IMG/VR virus record: IMGVR_UViG_3300037419_001005
Span: 1 to 24,234 of that record
Direction: 5' to 3' (one strand)
Source: a virus
Lineage: Duplodnaviria; Caudoviricetes
DNA: 24,234 bases
Of this stretch, positions 7,354 through 16,722 are shown piece after piece (positions within the stretch are counted from its first letter, which is position 1; each line of letters opens with the position of its first letter). Position numbers and translations under genes: made by a program. Under the pieces are notes generated by a model. The model was not told where the DNA came from. It made no database searches and saw only the letters and a list, made by a program, of their open reading frames with translations.

Positions 7354-8210
7354 TAATAGTTGTTGTAGAAGCCGAACGGGGACTTCGTCGGAATCAGCCA
7401 CTGGCCGCCATAGTCACCGATGACGTTGTGCAGATCAGCGCAGTCGTCCAGTTGGTGATTGCACCCGAGGATCACCGACACGGTTGCTCCGACCGTCAGG
7501 TTCCTGATGATTCCAGACAGCGACAGATCGTTGCCGCTGAGGTTCAGCGTCGTGCGCCGCTCGATCGATCCTGCCGCAGTCGTCCATTCGACCATGCCGT
7601 TGATGAATTTCTCGGCCGCAAAGCTGCCGTTCCAGCCGCTCGACAGCGAAAGCGTGGAGCCGCTGATCGCAGTAACGGTCGCGCTCACCGTCGCCGCTGC
7701 CTTGTCGGCATGGCAGCCGGCCTGGTCGTTGCCCATGTAGAGCGCGTGCGGGCAGCCATACTGGTAGTTGCGGCGCAGACCGGCGCGCTTCATCGACGTG
7801 GCGACCGGCTCGCAGGTCAGTTCGGCTTCGCTGTCGGTGAATTTGCAGCTGAGCACGCGACCAGTCCAGATGACGAGGAATTCCGTATCTCCGAAATGCC
7901 CCTGGCGGATAATCGCGGTCACAGGCTGCGTCGGCGGGTAGACACGGAACAGTTCAGCGACTTCCGCGTCGCGCTGCAGGCTGACGGTTAGCGACTGCTT
8001 GTCGAGCGTGCCTGACGACTTGACCGTGTCGCGCATGATCGGATGAGGCTGAAACTCGACCGAGCCATAAGGAGCACCGACATCGATCGTGATCGGCTCC
8101 TCTGAATCGGTGTAGGCGTAATACTCGGTGTCCGATGAGCCGTAGACGAAGAAGTAGAGTTCGACTGGCTCGCCGAGCGTACGGCTTTCCTCGATTGGTT
8201 CAAACGGCAT
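7350..8210 (-). CDS. Tail tip/hub protein, DUF2163 plus phage BR0599 C-terminal domain (lambda gpL-like, Cys-rich)
   Basis: PVELYFF, YAYTD, GCPHALY...GC, LGCNHQLDDC...YGGQWLIP; follows the distal tail gene. Confidence 0.85.
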   Translation of the reverse strand: MPFEPIEESRTLGEPVELYFFVYGSSDTEYYAYTDSEEPITIDVGAPYGSVEFQPHPIMRDTVKSSGTLDKQSLTVSLQRDAEVAELFRVYPPTQPVTAIIRQGHFGDTEFLVIWTGRVLSCKFTDSEAELTCEPVATSMKRAGLRRNYQYGCPHALYMGNDQAGCHADKAAATVSATVTAISGSTLSLSSGWNGSFAAEKFINGMVEWTTAAGSIERRTTLNLSGNDLSLSGIIRNLTVGATVSVILGCNHQLDDCADLHNVIGDYGGQWLIPTKSPFGFYNNYY

Positions 8211-8213
8211 CCG

Positions 8214-9416
8214 TTACTCCGCGGTCAGTTGTTCGAGCGTTCGCATCGGCAAGTCCAGACGCGCGACCGAGTTCGTCAGCCAGTCCATCGTCAACGTGTC
8301 GCTCGCGAAGCGCCACACCGGCATCCATGAGATCATCACGATGTCCGACGCAGCGAGCGTCGAGGGCCAGTTGGTGTTGACGGTGATGACCGTATTGCCG
8401 CCGCTCGGGACGAGGCTGTTGACGAGCCGATAGTGGAAGGTGCCGTCACGCATCTGCACGGCTAGCGCCTTGAACACCTTGCTGTTCGAGTAATAGGTCG
8501 CAGCCAGCGTGTCGGCCACGGTCAGCGTCGCAGTTCCGCTCGCGAGATCCGACAGCGGCGGCAGATCGTTGACTCCGGTCGGCATGTAGAATTCGCCGCG
8601 CTGCCCCTTCATCCGATCGAAGAATTCCTCGAACTCGCGGCCTTCGGCTTCGTCCATCGCCGTGAAGCTGGCGCGCCGCGACCGTGAGGGGAAATCGTAG
8701 GGGAAGAAGTTCGCCACCGGCCCGCGGTCGTAGTCGACCTGCTCCATCGGATAGATGAAGTTCTGCGTCAGCGAGTTCGCCCAATTCGGCCTGAACGTGC
8801 AGACCTCGAAGCCGTTGTAGGTCACCGGCGCCGCCGGCGGAGCGACATACGGTTCGCTTCCCGGCTCGACCTTGAAGTTCACCTTGACGACGGCGAGGCC
8901 GTTGACGGGACTGCTGTTGTCGATCTCGTCGACCAGCAGGCCGACCGGACCCGGCAGCACGATCGTCCCGGCAGGCCATGCAGCGCTCAGCGGGTCGGCG
9001 AGCGTCACGGTGCTGCCCAACATCGACGCCACATACACCGGCGTCGGCCTGGTGCGGCCGTCGAACAGGAACAGCGCTCTGCCGTCGAAGACCCACGAGG
9101 GCGCGTCCGCGAGCACGATGGTCGAACCGCCGCTCACCGCAGGAGAAGCGAGAGTTGAGCGCCGCGTCCAGTCGGGCATGATGAACGGCTTGTTCTGCGC
9201 GTAGCTCATCAGCCCTTCATATTCGCGCCACTCGTCGAGATGGACGAGCGCTTCAAAGCCGAACTCCAGTCGCGGCGTAGTACGCAGCGCGCGACGCTGC
9301 TCGCGCCTTGAGCGCGACGTGAAGATGTCGGTCTTGTATTCGCGCGACACCTGAAACGATTCCCGCCAATTGGGCAGGAAGCTCCAGACGAATGCGGCTG
9401 CCGGATCGGTGGACAT
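8214..9416 (-). CDS. Distal tail-type virion protein (two related halves)
   Basis: Directly after tape measure; FxPNW motif twice, EQRRALRxxPR, GQRGEFYMP. Confidence 0.75.
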   Translation of the reverse strand: MSTDPAAAFVWSFLPNWRESFQVSREYKTDIFTSRSRREQRRALRTTPRLEFGFEALVHLDEWREYEGLMSYAQNKPFIMPDWTRRSTLASPAVSGGSTIVLADAPSWVFDGRALFLFDGRTRPTPVYVASMLGSTVTLADPLSAAWPAGTIVLPGPVGLLVDEIDNSSPVNGLAVVKVNFKVEPGSEPYVAPPAAPVTYNGFEVCTFRPNWANSLTQNFIYPMEQVDYDRGPVANFFPYDFPSRSRRASFTAMDEAEGREFEEFFDRMKGQRGEFYMPTGVNDLPPLSDLASGTATLTVADTLAATYYSNSKVFKALAVQMRDGTFHYRLVNSLVPSGGNTVITVNTNWPSTLAASDIVMISWMPVWRFASDTLTMDWLTNSVARLDLPMRTLEQLTAE

Positions 9417-12400
9417 TTAGCCGAGCGCCTGACGGATCGCGCCGGCGTTGCCCCGCATCCAGTTGAGGATCGCGCGCTCGCCGTGCGCCGTGCCGATACC
9501 CTGCGACACGAACTCACCGGCGTCGATCGCGTTGACGATCTTGATGTTCGGCATCTTCCCGTTGCCGCCACCGTTGGCACGATGCCGCGGATCCGCTGCA
9601 GTCAGCACTTCCTCGCCCTGCTTGAGGATGGCGGGGACCTCATCGGGCTTGAGACCAGCAATGCCGCCGGTGTGATAGCGACGCGCGTTCGCGAACCACA
9701 TCGGGGAAACGGTTCGACTTGCCAGCGCGTCTCGACCGACGACGCCGCCGGTGTGCGCCACCGGTACACCGATGCCGATTGCCTTCAGCCCCTGCATCAC
9801 TGCGTTGAAGATGATCTGTTGCAGGATCATCTCGGCGATCTTCAGCAGGAATTCGGAGGCGAACTGGAGAAACGCTTCCTTCAGCGACTTGAACACGTTG
9901 GCGCCGCCCGCGACCGCCTGGGCGAACTTCTCGATCGCGCTGACTGCCGCACCGGTGAACGCGTGCGCGATGCTCTCGGCCGTCAGGCCCATGAACGTCG
10001 TCAGGCGGTCGGCCTGTTCGCTGGCACCCTGCAGAGCGAGAATCGTAGCTTTGATCGCCTCGTTGGTGGTGCCAAATGCAGCGGCTCCGCCGTGTGCGCC
10101 CTGGAGAACCGACTGCCAGAACTTGATCATGTTCTGGATCGCGTCTTTCAGCTTGCTGTTAATCGCATCCAGTTGCGGCAGCAGGCGGTCGGCCATGCCG
10201 TCCTGACCGTTCTGGCGGAAGAAGTCGATCTGCGCCTGAATCGCTTCCTTCTGCGCCTGCAGCGCATCCAGCGGCTGCTGAACGGCGTCGCGCGCGTTCG
10301 CTGCCGCGTCCTTGGCGTGCGCTAGATCGAAATATGTGGCAGCCAGGTCCCCGACCGCTTTCTTCTGTTCCTCGGTGAACTGGATGAGCGGCTTGCCCTC
10401 ATTCGCGCGCTGCGCGTTGAGCTTGTCGATCTCCTGCTGCTTCTTGAGGATCGCGTCGGCGACGAACTCCTTCTTCTGCTCCGCGAGGAGCGCATCGCCG
10501 ACGAGTCCCTTCTGGGCCTCCAGCTGCGCGATGTCCTGCCGGCGAGTGTCGTTCTCCTCCTTGAGTTTTTCGTTGAACGCGGTCTGCACCCTGAGACGTT
10601 CGGCCTCGATGTCGGCCAGCGCCTGTTCCGCGCCCTGATCGACCGCGAGGTTCTGCACGCCGAGGATGGCGGCTTCCTTGTTGCGCCGCTTCGCGTTGAT
10701 GCCGCCATTGTCGCCCGCGAGACCCTGCACCGCCGTAGCGATCTGCTGGCTCGTGCCATGCTTGACCGCCTCGACGATTCGGTCGGGCAGCTTGCCATAA
10801 TTGTACGCGATCGAGGTCAGCGCCGCCTGCTGCCGCGCCGAGAACTCGGCAAATCGCTCCGCGCCGATCTGTTGCTTGACGACGTTCTGGAACTCGACGA
10901 CGCGGCGCTCCAGATCGCGGACTGCATCGTCGAGCGTGACGACCGTCTTCGACGTGACCTGGCCGATGCTGCCATCCTGACGGGTGAACGTGTCCGAGCC
11001 AAAGCCGGCACGGAAGCGCCCGTCGCTGTCTATCTTCGCGTGCGACGAGAAACCCTCGAAGCTCTTGATGAGCGACACGGACTGGAAGATCGGGTCCTTC
11101 GCCAGTCGCTCACGCTCTTTGCGCTCACGCTCTGCCTGATCGGCAGCCGCCTTCGCCTCGGCAGCGTGCTGCTTGTCCAACTGAATCTGCAGCATCTTCT
11201 GCTTGGTCAGCGCATACTGACGCTGCAACTCGGGTGCCGAGTTGGGGAAGGTTCGCTGTGCTTCCAGAAGCGCTTCGTTATATTCGATCTGCAGCTTGGT
11301 GCGGTCGCTCGTGAGATCGCCCTGCGCCTTCAGCTTCTCGGTCGCAGCCTGTAGATCGGCGTTCTGCTTCTGCTGCAGTTCGCTGAGCTTCTTCGATGCG
11401 TTGCCGCTGGCATCCTGCTGCTTGCCGATTTCGCTGAGAATCCGGCTGCGCTCGTGCAACAGTTCGTTGAGCCGCTGTTCGTCCTTCGCCTGCGTTGAAC
11501 CCGAGACGAAATCGATTGCGCCAGGACCGAAGAGTCCGGCACCGCCGCGGTTACGCAGGTCGATGCGCTCCTGCACATCCTTGATCTCATTGTTGACCGT
11601 GGTGATGTCGCGGATGCCACGGAGCTTGTTGATCAGGTCCGAGGTCTTGCGGCCCAACTTATCCAGTGAGCCTGCAACCTGATCCATGACCGAGTTGTTT
11701 GCGAGTGCTTCCTTGAAGGTCTGCCACGCGACGCCGAGACTGATGGTTGCGTCGTGCCACGGGCCGCGCATCTTATCGGCGACGACCTCCATCTTCTGTT
11801 CGAAGATCCGCAGCGCCTCTTGCCGTGCTTGCTCGACCTTGCCCTGCTCGAACAGGGTCTTGATGTGCTCACGCTGCGCTGCGCTCAGGAAATTCGTGGC
11901 GTCGTCGAGCTTCTTGATCGAGTCATAGCTGCCGCGGAACGCGTCGGCGACCTGCTGCGCCGCATCGGTGACCTTGATCCCGAGAACGTCAGCCAGGATT
12001 TTAGACGACTCGCCAAGCTGCACGACCTGCGAATCGTCGAAGCCCTCCTTGATGAGGGTCTTCGTGACAGCCAGCGCCTCCTCTGCACTGATGCCGTATT
12101 GCTGCATCGCCTTCGAGGCGACGGCCAGTCCTTCGGCGCTGTGCAACGCTCCGTCAGCATTCAACTCCAGCACGGCGTTCAGTGCGCGAAGCCGTGCTGC
12201 TTCCTCAGCGACTTCGTGGAGGCCGAGCGCGACCGTGCCGACCGCCGCAGCGAACGCGAGGATCGGCGGCGATTTGAACGCAGCGATCACGGCGTTGCCG
12301 ACCTGCGGGAACAACTGGATCAGCTGACCCGACTGCTGCGCGAGGGTCTGCGACAGCGATGTGCCTGAAGCCAGCTGCGTGATGATGTCGTTGACCTGGA

Positions 12401-13568
12401 AGCTCAGGTTCTGCAGTTCGTACGGCTTCAGGCCGAACAGTGACGGGCGACCGCGCGAATCGATGCCCGCCATGGCGGCTTTCGCGCGCTTCAGGCTGTT
12501 CTCGACACTCTTCGTCGCGACCGCGTATTCGACCTGCGTGATCTTGCCGCGCTTGAACCAGTCGTCGAGCTTCGCCGTCTCGGCTGCGGCCCGCTGTTCG
12601 GCCACCGCCAGCGGGTTGATCTCGGCGCGCAGCGAGGCAATGGCTGCTTCTTCTTCCTTCGCCGCCTGCGCCGCCTGCGCCGCAGTCTGCTCGAACTTCT
12701 TCTGCGCCTCGACATCGGCCTGCTGGAACACGGCGGCCGACGCCTGCGCCGATTTGCCCTGCGCCGTGCCGACATTGAGCAACTGGTTGATGCGCGCCTG
12801 TTCTTCCTTGGCGCGGCTCACCGCTGCGGTGGCAGCCTCTTCGGCCTTGAGACGAGCGATCTCCTCGTCGCGCGCCGCAGAGACCGCATGGATTTGGCCG
12901 ACGAGCGCTTGATAATCAGTGGAGTCGCGGTTGGTGAGGCCGGTGTTGCGCTCGATCGTCTGCAGGACGCTCGCGGCTTTCGCCTGGTTCTGCATGACGG
13001 TCGTGAGACGTTGCGTCGTCGAGGCGAGGCGGTTCTGCGCCTGCTCGACTGCTGTTGCCGTAGAACCGATCTGCTGCAGCGACGAACGCTGCGAGTTGAG
13101 TTCGGCTTCGGCAATGGCGATCGATGACTTGAGCCGCTGCTGTGCCTGCTCCAGACGATTATATTCGGCGGTGACCTGCTGCAGTGCCTGAAGGCGCGGC
13201 TGCTGATTGCGGCCAGCGGCGACCACGGCCTCGGCGCCGTTCAGCCGCTCGATTGCGGCCTGGGCGTTCTTCGCTTGGGCCTGAAGCGCGGCCAGTTCGT
13301 TGCGCTGCGCGGCGATCGCTGTCTGCTGACGCGAGAAGCCGGTAGCGGCGCGCTCGGCCGAGCCGTTGACCGCCGTATAGACCTTGTCGAGCGTAACGGC
13401 GATTTCGGCGAGCTTCGCGAGGTCGGACGCAGCGTTGCTAGCGCTCGTGCCGACCTTCGTATTGATGCCGACAAGCTGCTCAAGGACCGTCGTGGCCTGC
13501 TCGAAGGCGCGGGACGCTTCATCCTTTGCGCGGATGACTAGATTAACGTCCCTGCGGTTCTCGGCCAT
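9417..13568 (-). CDS. Tape measure protein with internal lysozyme-like domain
   Basis: 1383 aa Ala/Gln-rich helical protein; QNLSFQVNDIITQLASG...QQSGQL (TMP_2-like); C-terminal HTGG...DEVPAILKQGEEVL; follows the tail chaperone. Confidence 0.95.
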   Translation of the reverse strand: MAENRRDVNLVIRAKDEASRAFEQATTVLEQLVGINTKVGTSASNAASDLAKLAEIAVTLDKVYTAVNGSAERAATGFSRQQTAIAAQRNELAALQAQAKNAQAAIERLNGAEAVVAAGRNQQPRLQALQQVTAEYNRLEQAQQRLKSSIAIAEAELNSQRSSLQQIGSTATAVEQAQNRLASTTQRLTTVMQNQAKAASVLQTIERNTGLTNRDSTDYQALVGQIHAVSAARDEEIARLKAEEAATAAVSRAKEEQARINQLLNVGTAQGKSAQASAAVFQQADVEAQKKFEQTAAQAAQAAKEEEAAIASLRAEINPLAVAEQRAAAETAKLDDWFKRGKITQVEYAVATKSVENSLKRAKAAMAGIDSRGRPSLFGLKPYELQNLSFQVNDIITQLASGTSLSQTLAQQSGQLIQLFPQVGNAVIAAFKSPPILAFAAAVGTVALGLHEVAEEAARLRALNAVLELNADGALHSAEGLAVASKAMQQYGISAEEALAVTKTLIKEGFDDSQVVQLGESSKILADVLGIKVTDAAQQVADAFRGSYDSIKKLDDATNFLSAAQREHIKTLFEQGKVEQARQEALRIFEQKMEVVADKMRGPWHDATISLGVAWQTFKEALANNSVMDQVAGSLDKLGRKTSDLINKLRGIRDITTVNNEIKDVQERIDLRNRGGAGLFGPGAIDFVSGSTQAKDEQRLNELLHERSRILSEIGKQQDASGNASKKLSELQQKQNADLQAATEKLKAQGDLTSDRTKLQIEYNEALLEAQRTFPNSAPELQRQYALTKQKMLQIQLDKQHAAEAKAAADQAERERKERERLAKDPIFQSVSLIKSFEGFSSHAKIDSDGRFRAGFGSDTFTRQDGSIGQVTSKTVVTLDDAVRDLERRVVEFQNVVKQQIGAERFAEFSARQQAALTSIAYNYGKLPDRIVEAVKHGTSQQIATAVQGLAGDNGGINAKRRNKEAAILGVQNLAVDQGAEQALADIEAERLRVQTAFNEKLKEENDTRRQDIAQLEAQKGLVGDALLAEQKKEFVADAILKKQQEIDKLNAQRANEGKPLIQFTEEQKKAVGDLAATYFDLAHAKDAAANARDAVQQPLDALQAQKEAIQAQIDFFRQNGQDGMADRLLPQLDAINSKLKDAIQNMIKFWQSVLQGAHGGAAAFGTTNEAIKATILALQGASEQADRLTTFMGLTAESIAHAFTGAAVSAIEKFAQAVAGGANVFKSLKEAFLQFASEFLLKIAEMILQQIIFNAVMQGLKAIGIGVPVAHTGGVVGRDALASRTVSPMWFANARRYHTGGIAGLKPDEVPAILKQGEEVLTAADPRHRANGGGNGKMPNIKIVNAIDAGEFVSQGIGTAHGERAILNWMRGNAGAIRQALG

Positions 13569-13570
13569 CT

Positions 13571-13888
13571 TCAGTTCTCTCCGGAGAGTTGCTTAATCAG
13601 TCCCTGGAAATGCTCGTGGGTCTTCTGACTGGCCGCCCAACCCGTTGTCGCCGTTGCCGCTTGAATGAGAACCGCCTGCGTCGCGAGTTGTCCCTTGACG
13701 CGATCCGCCACGATTGACGCTTCGTCCCACACCATAGCGATGGGGTAGTCGGCAGCGTCGGGATGACCGTGATCCAGAAGCAGGCTGACCTGTTTCCGGA
13801 TTCCCCACAGCCATTCCTCTATGCTGTCGAAGAAGGCGTCATCGCCGCCGTGGCGCTGTGCGCCAGCCTTACCACGACGGCGAGGAAT
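13571..13888 (-). CDS. Tail assembly chaperone C-terminal extension (gpT-like), reached by -1 frameshift
   Basis: The -1 frame is open from the slippery site to TGA at 13571-13573: ...EEWLWGIRKQVSLLLDHGHPDAADYPIAMVWDEA...LIKQLSGEN. Confidence 0.82.
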   Translation of the reverse strand: MPRRRGKAGAQRHGGDDAFFDSIEEWLWGIRKQVSLLLDHGHPDAADYPIAMVWDEASIVADRVKGQLATQAVLIQAATATTGWAASQKTHEHFQGLIKQLSGEN

Positions 13889-14331
13889 TTTCCCGGCGGC
13901 ATCTCCGGCGTGAAGGACAGGTCACCGATCTTCTGCAGCGCGTCCATCTGGACAGCCGCAGAGAGCTTCAGCGCAGCTTCGACATCCGCCTCGAACTCTT
14001 CGGTAAGACGCGCCAGTTCGGCTTCGTCCCTGAGAGTCGAAGAAGGTGCAACGCTGCCTGAAGCGATCGCGATGATCTCGGCCATAATCCGCGGCGCACC
14101 GCTGACCATGTTGGCCCCGAAAGCCTTCACTTGTTCAACGTCGACGGCCTTCGCCTTCTTGCCGCCCTTCTTCACCTCGCCGACGAGATCGTCGAACATC
14201 GTCGACAGTTCTCCGCGGTGGCGGTGATAGATCGAAAGAGCGTCATTCGGCGAGAAGCCGCGAACGGTGAACGTGACACCGTCCGCGACTTCCACGGTCT
14301 TCGTCGGAATGGGGAGGTTACGCAGTCCCAT
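13819..14331 (-). CDS. Tail assembly chaperone (gpG-like)
   Basis: Between major tail and tape measure genes; FTVRG motif; contains an in-phase slippery heptamer. Confidence 0.85.
   Translation of the reverse strand: MGLRNLPIPTKTVEVADGVTFTVRGFSPNDALSIYHRHRGELSTMFDDLVGEVKKGGKKAKAVDVEQVKAFGANMVSGAPRIMAEIIAIASGSVAPSSTLRDEAELARLTEEFEADVEAALKLSAAVQMDALQKIGDLSFTPEMPPGKFLAVVVRLAHSATAAMTPSSTA
13888..13894 (-). other. Programmed -1 ribosomal frameshift site G GGA AAA
   Basis: X XXY YYZ heptamer in correct phase (Pro-Gly-Lys codons); lambda G/T uses GGGAAAG. Confidence 0.85.
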
Positions 14332-14350
14332 CGTGCCTCACCTTTCCAGC

Positions 14351-15118
14351 TTAGACGTACGGCCGACCGTCGACGTAGATCGCCGAGCGGTTCGGTGCCG
14401 TCAGGATCTCCACGTTGAGGTTCAGCGTCTGCCACTCGTCGGACTTGAGCGCGAAGTCGCCGTTCGGCGCGAGGCGGACATACGGCATGAGGTAGTCCAT
14501 CTTGTCGCCCTCGGGATTCGCCGAGACGAACAGGATGCTGCCCTCGACCTGGTCGGTGCCGCTGATCACCTGATCGCGCGACCTCGCCGCACGGTCATAG
14601 GTAACGATCACATCATCGAGATCGAGGATGGTGCCGCCGTCGACGATGGTCAGCAGGCCGAGTTCGGTGTCGATCGTGTAGTCCGTGTCGATCGCCTTGG
14701 TCGTAGCGCCGACCTTGACCACGACGTTCGACAGCGAGCGGACGCCGGTCGGAGTCGAGTCAGTGACGCCGATCTGGTAGGTCAGACCCTGCTTCACATC
14801 GGTGAAGGTCTCGGTCTCGGCCGTCGCGGAGGTCTGCGACAGCGTCTGATATTCGCCGAAGAAGAACAGCGCCAAGTTCTCCAGCTGGATGTCGTCACAC
14901 GACATGTTGCCGGTCTGCGTCGTCTCAAGGATGATCGACTTGTCCTTGACGCGGATGCCCTCGTCGCTGGAAAAGTGCTCCAGCTTCTGATTGTCGATCG
15001 TCACGTTGAACGACGGCGTGTTGCCGATGTAGCGATAGCCTTCCGGCGTGTAAGTGCCGGTTTTGAACAGGGAGAAATACACCTTGCCCCGCCCGAGCGT
15101 CTGATTGCCGATTGCCAT
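14351..15118 (-). CDS. Major tail (tube) protein
   Basis: ATG 15118 with AAGGAG 8 nt upstream; LGRGKVYF...RYIGN...EHFSS...PNGDFALKSDEWQ. Confidence 0.88.
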   Translation of the reverse strand: MAIGNQTLGRGKVYFSLFKTGTYTPEGYRYIGNTPSFNVTIDNQKLEHFSSDEGIRVKDKSIILETTQTGNMSCDDIQLENLALFFFGEYQTLSQTSATAETETFTDVKQGLTYQIGVTDSTPTGVRSLSNVVVKVGATTKAIDTDYTIDTELGLLTIVDGGTILDLDDVIVTYDRAARSRDQVISGTDQVEGSILFVSANPEGDKMDYLMPYVRLAPNGDFALKSDEWQTLNLNVEILTAPNRSAIYVDGRPYV

Positions 15119-15142
15119 TCTCGTCACTCCTTTAGTTTGGTT

Positions 15143-15157
15143 TCACTTCTATAGTGA
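15143..15157. promoter_or_regulatory. Palindromic box TCACT-TCTAT-AGTGA upstream of the major tail gene
   Basis: Inverted repeat extends to TTTCACT-N5-AGTGAAA (15141-15159) in an AT-rich gap. Confidence 0.6.
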
Positions 15158-15171
15158 AAATCCGCCCAACG

Positions 15172-15714
15172 CTAGTCATAAGGATTCTCCGCATTGTCGA
15201 AGATGCGCAGGGTCAACCGCAGCCAGAACCAGGCTTTCGCGGACACATCGTCGGCGGGGCGAACGACGCCTGGACCGACACGCACATCGACCACGCGGTT
15301 CTTCCCGAGACCGAGGCCGAACGGATTGGGATCGTGCTGCGCCGTGCGTATCTTGCGCTCTGCAAGCAGGCGCTTCCGCACATCAGCCAGCAACGTATAG
15401 GCAGGATCGGTGGGGTTCGCCGGATCATCGTCGACGAAACCCTGTACGATGAGGTCCCAATCATATTCAGCGGAAGGTGTGTTGACCGGTGGCGGTGCAA
15501 CGTCCTCTGCAGGATCCTGCCCTTCGAGGAGGCTGAGCATCGGAATCGGGTCGCTCTCGCCGAACCACAGACGGCCGCGGTAGACGCGCGAAGTCATCAC
15601 CCCGTCGCCGGGATCGAAGTCGGCCAGGTCGTTGACGTAGCCGTTGGCCGGGGTGATCTCCTTCAGCGCAGCGGTCACCGCCTTCAGCGCCTTGAGCTTG
15701 AACGGATCAGGCAT
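15172..15714 (-). CDS. Tail terminator (gpU-like)
   Basis: ITPANGY, VYRGRLWFG; directly upstream of the major tail gene. Confidence 0.75.
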   Translation of the reverse strand: MPDPFKLKALKAVTAALKEITPANGYVNDLADFDPGDGVMTSRVYRGRLWFGESDPIPMLSLLEGQDPAEDVAPPPVNTPSAEYDWDLIVQGFVDDDPANPTDPAYTLLADVRKRLLAERKIRTAQHDPNPFGLGLGKNRVVDVRVGPGVVRPADDVSAKAWFWLRLTLRIFDNAENPYD

Positions 15715-16348
15715 TGCGGTCCAACTCCATCAGACGGAGGAATTCTGATTCGAGGAATTCGGCAGCGTCGGGCGCGACCTCGCCGGCGACCGAACGGAAC
15801 ACCTGGTCGACGCTCGGCCCGTACAACAGGTAGACGTTGCTGCCCTTCCGCAGCGGGATCATCACGCGCTTGTTGTCGACGCGCTCACCCGGCTTCAAGC
15901 GGATCGCTAGGCCAAGGTTCGACCGTGTATCGAGCGGCAGGCTGCCAACGCGAAGCCGCACCAGGAAGGCGCGCTTCATCAGCTTCGCGAAACCGGGCGC
16001 CACCTGCACGGTGACACCGTTCTTCCCGCCGACCGTGCCGGTGCTGAATGACGCAAGGCTGGTCGGCCGCTGGCGCGCGGTGATGCGCGCTTCGAGGCTG
16101 TCGGCACGAGCACGCTCGGTAACGTTGAAGCGGCCTTGGCTCGGCGAGAGGTAGCTCGCGCGCCAGTTCACCTGCTCGCGCATCCTGCGCGCGGCGGCGG
16201 TGCGCGTGCGATCGGCAGTGCGGTTGACCGCCTGCAGTGCCGCACGCTTCACGTTCGCGGGAATATCCTCCAGCGCCCTCAGCGCGGACAGACCTTCGAC
16301 CGCGACGACGTAGATGCCGCCTCGATTTTCAGCACGGAACTCGGTCAT
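15707..16348 (-). CDS. Neck / tail-completion protein (gpZ-like)
   Basis: ATG 16348 overlaps upstream stop (ATGA); basic protein with AVNRTA...LYGPSVDQVF. Confidence 0.75.
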   Translation of the reverse strand: MTEFRAENRGGIYVVAVEGLSALRALEDIPANVKRAALQAVNRTADRTRTAAARRMREQVNWRASYLSPSQGRFNVTERARADSLEARITARQRPTSLASFSTGTVGGKNGVTVQVAPGFAKLMKRAFLVRLRVGSLPLDTRSNLGLAIRLKPGERVDNKRVMIPLRKGSNVYLLYGPSVDQVFRSVAGEVAPDAAEFLESEFLRLMELDRNA

Positions 16349-16719
16349 GCCGGTACGGGGAGACCTGCAGCTTCGGACGCGCTCAGACGAGTAACGCGAG
16401 CGGTCTGGTAGCCGAGGTCGGCAGGGTAGAGGTGGTCGATGCGGTAAGCCTCGCCGGCTTCCACGGAGACGACTGCGGTCTGCACGCGCAGCGGCGCGCT
16501 GAACTCGGCGAGGTCGAAACGAAGGCGGTCCTCGGGATTCGTCATCATCGCCGACCCTTCCTGGGCGGCGGCGCCGGTCATCTCGTCGGACTTGAGCCAA
16601 ACACGCACGGTGCAAGCGACCGGCGTTGCGTTTGGCACGGGAATGTAGAGCGCGGGAACCGCCGCCTGAAGGTGGAGGTCCCCGCGCACCTGCCGCTTGA
16701 TGTCGCGCAAGCGGCTCAT
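16345..16719 (-). CDS. Head-tail joining protein (gpFII-like)
   Basis: 124 aa beta-rich protein ending GEAYRIDH...; expected position. Confidence 0.65.
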   Translation of the reverse strand: MSRLRDIKRQVRGDLHLQAAVPALYIPVPNATPVACTVRVWLKSDEMTGAAAQEGSAMMTNPEDRLRFDLAEFSAPLRVQTAVVSVEAGEAYRIDHLYPADLGYQTARVTRLSASEAAGLPVPA

Positions 16720-16722
16720 CGG

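Noticed and set aside
13593-13814. 73-aa minus-strand ORF from the track as the gpT gene
   Set aside because: Wrong frame; the -1 frame from GGGAAAA to 13571 gives the protein-like chaperone extension.
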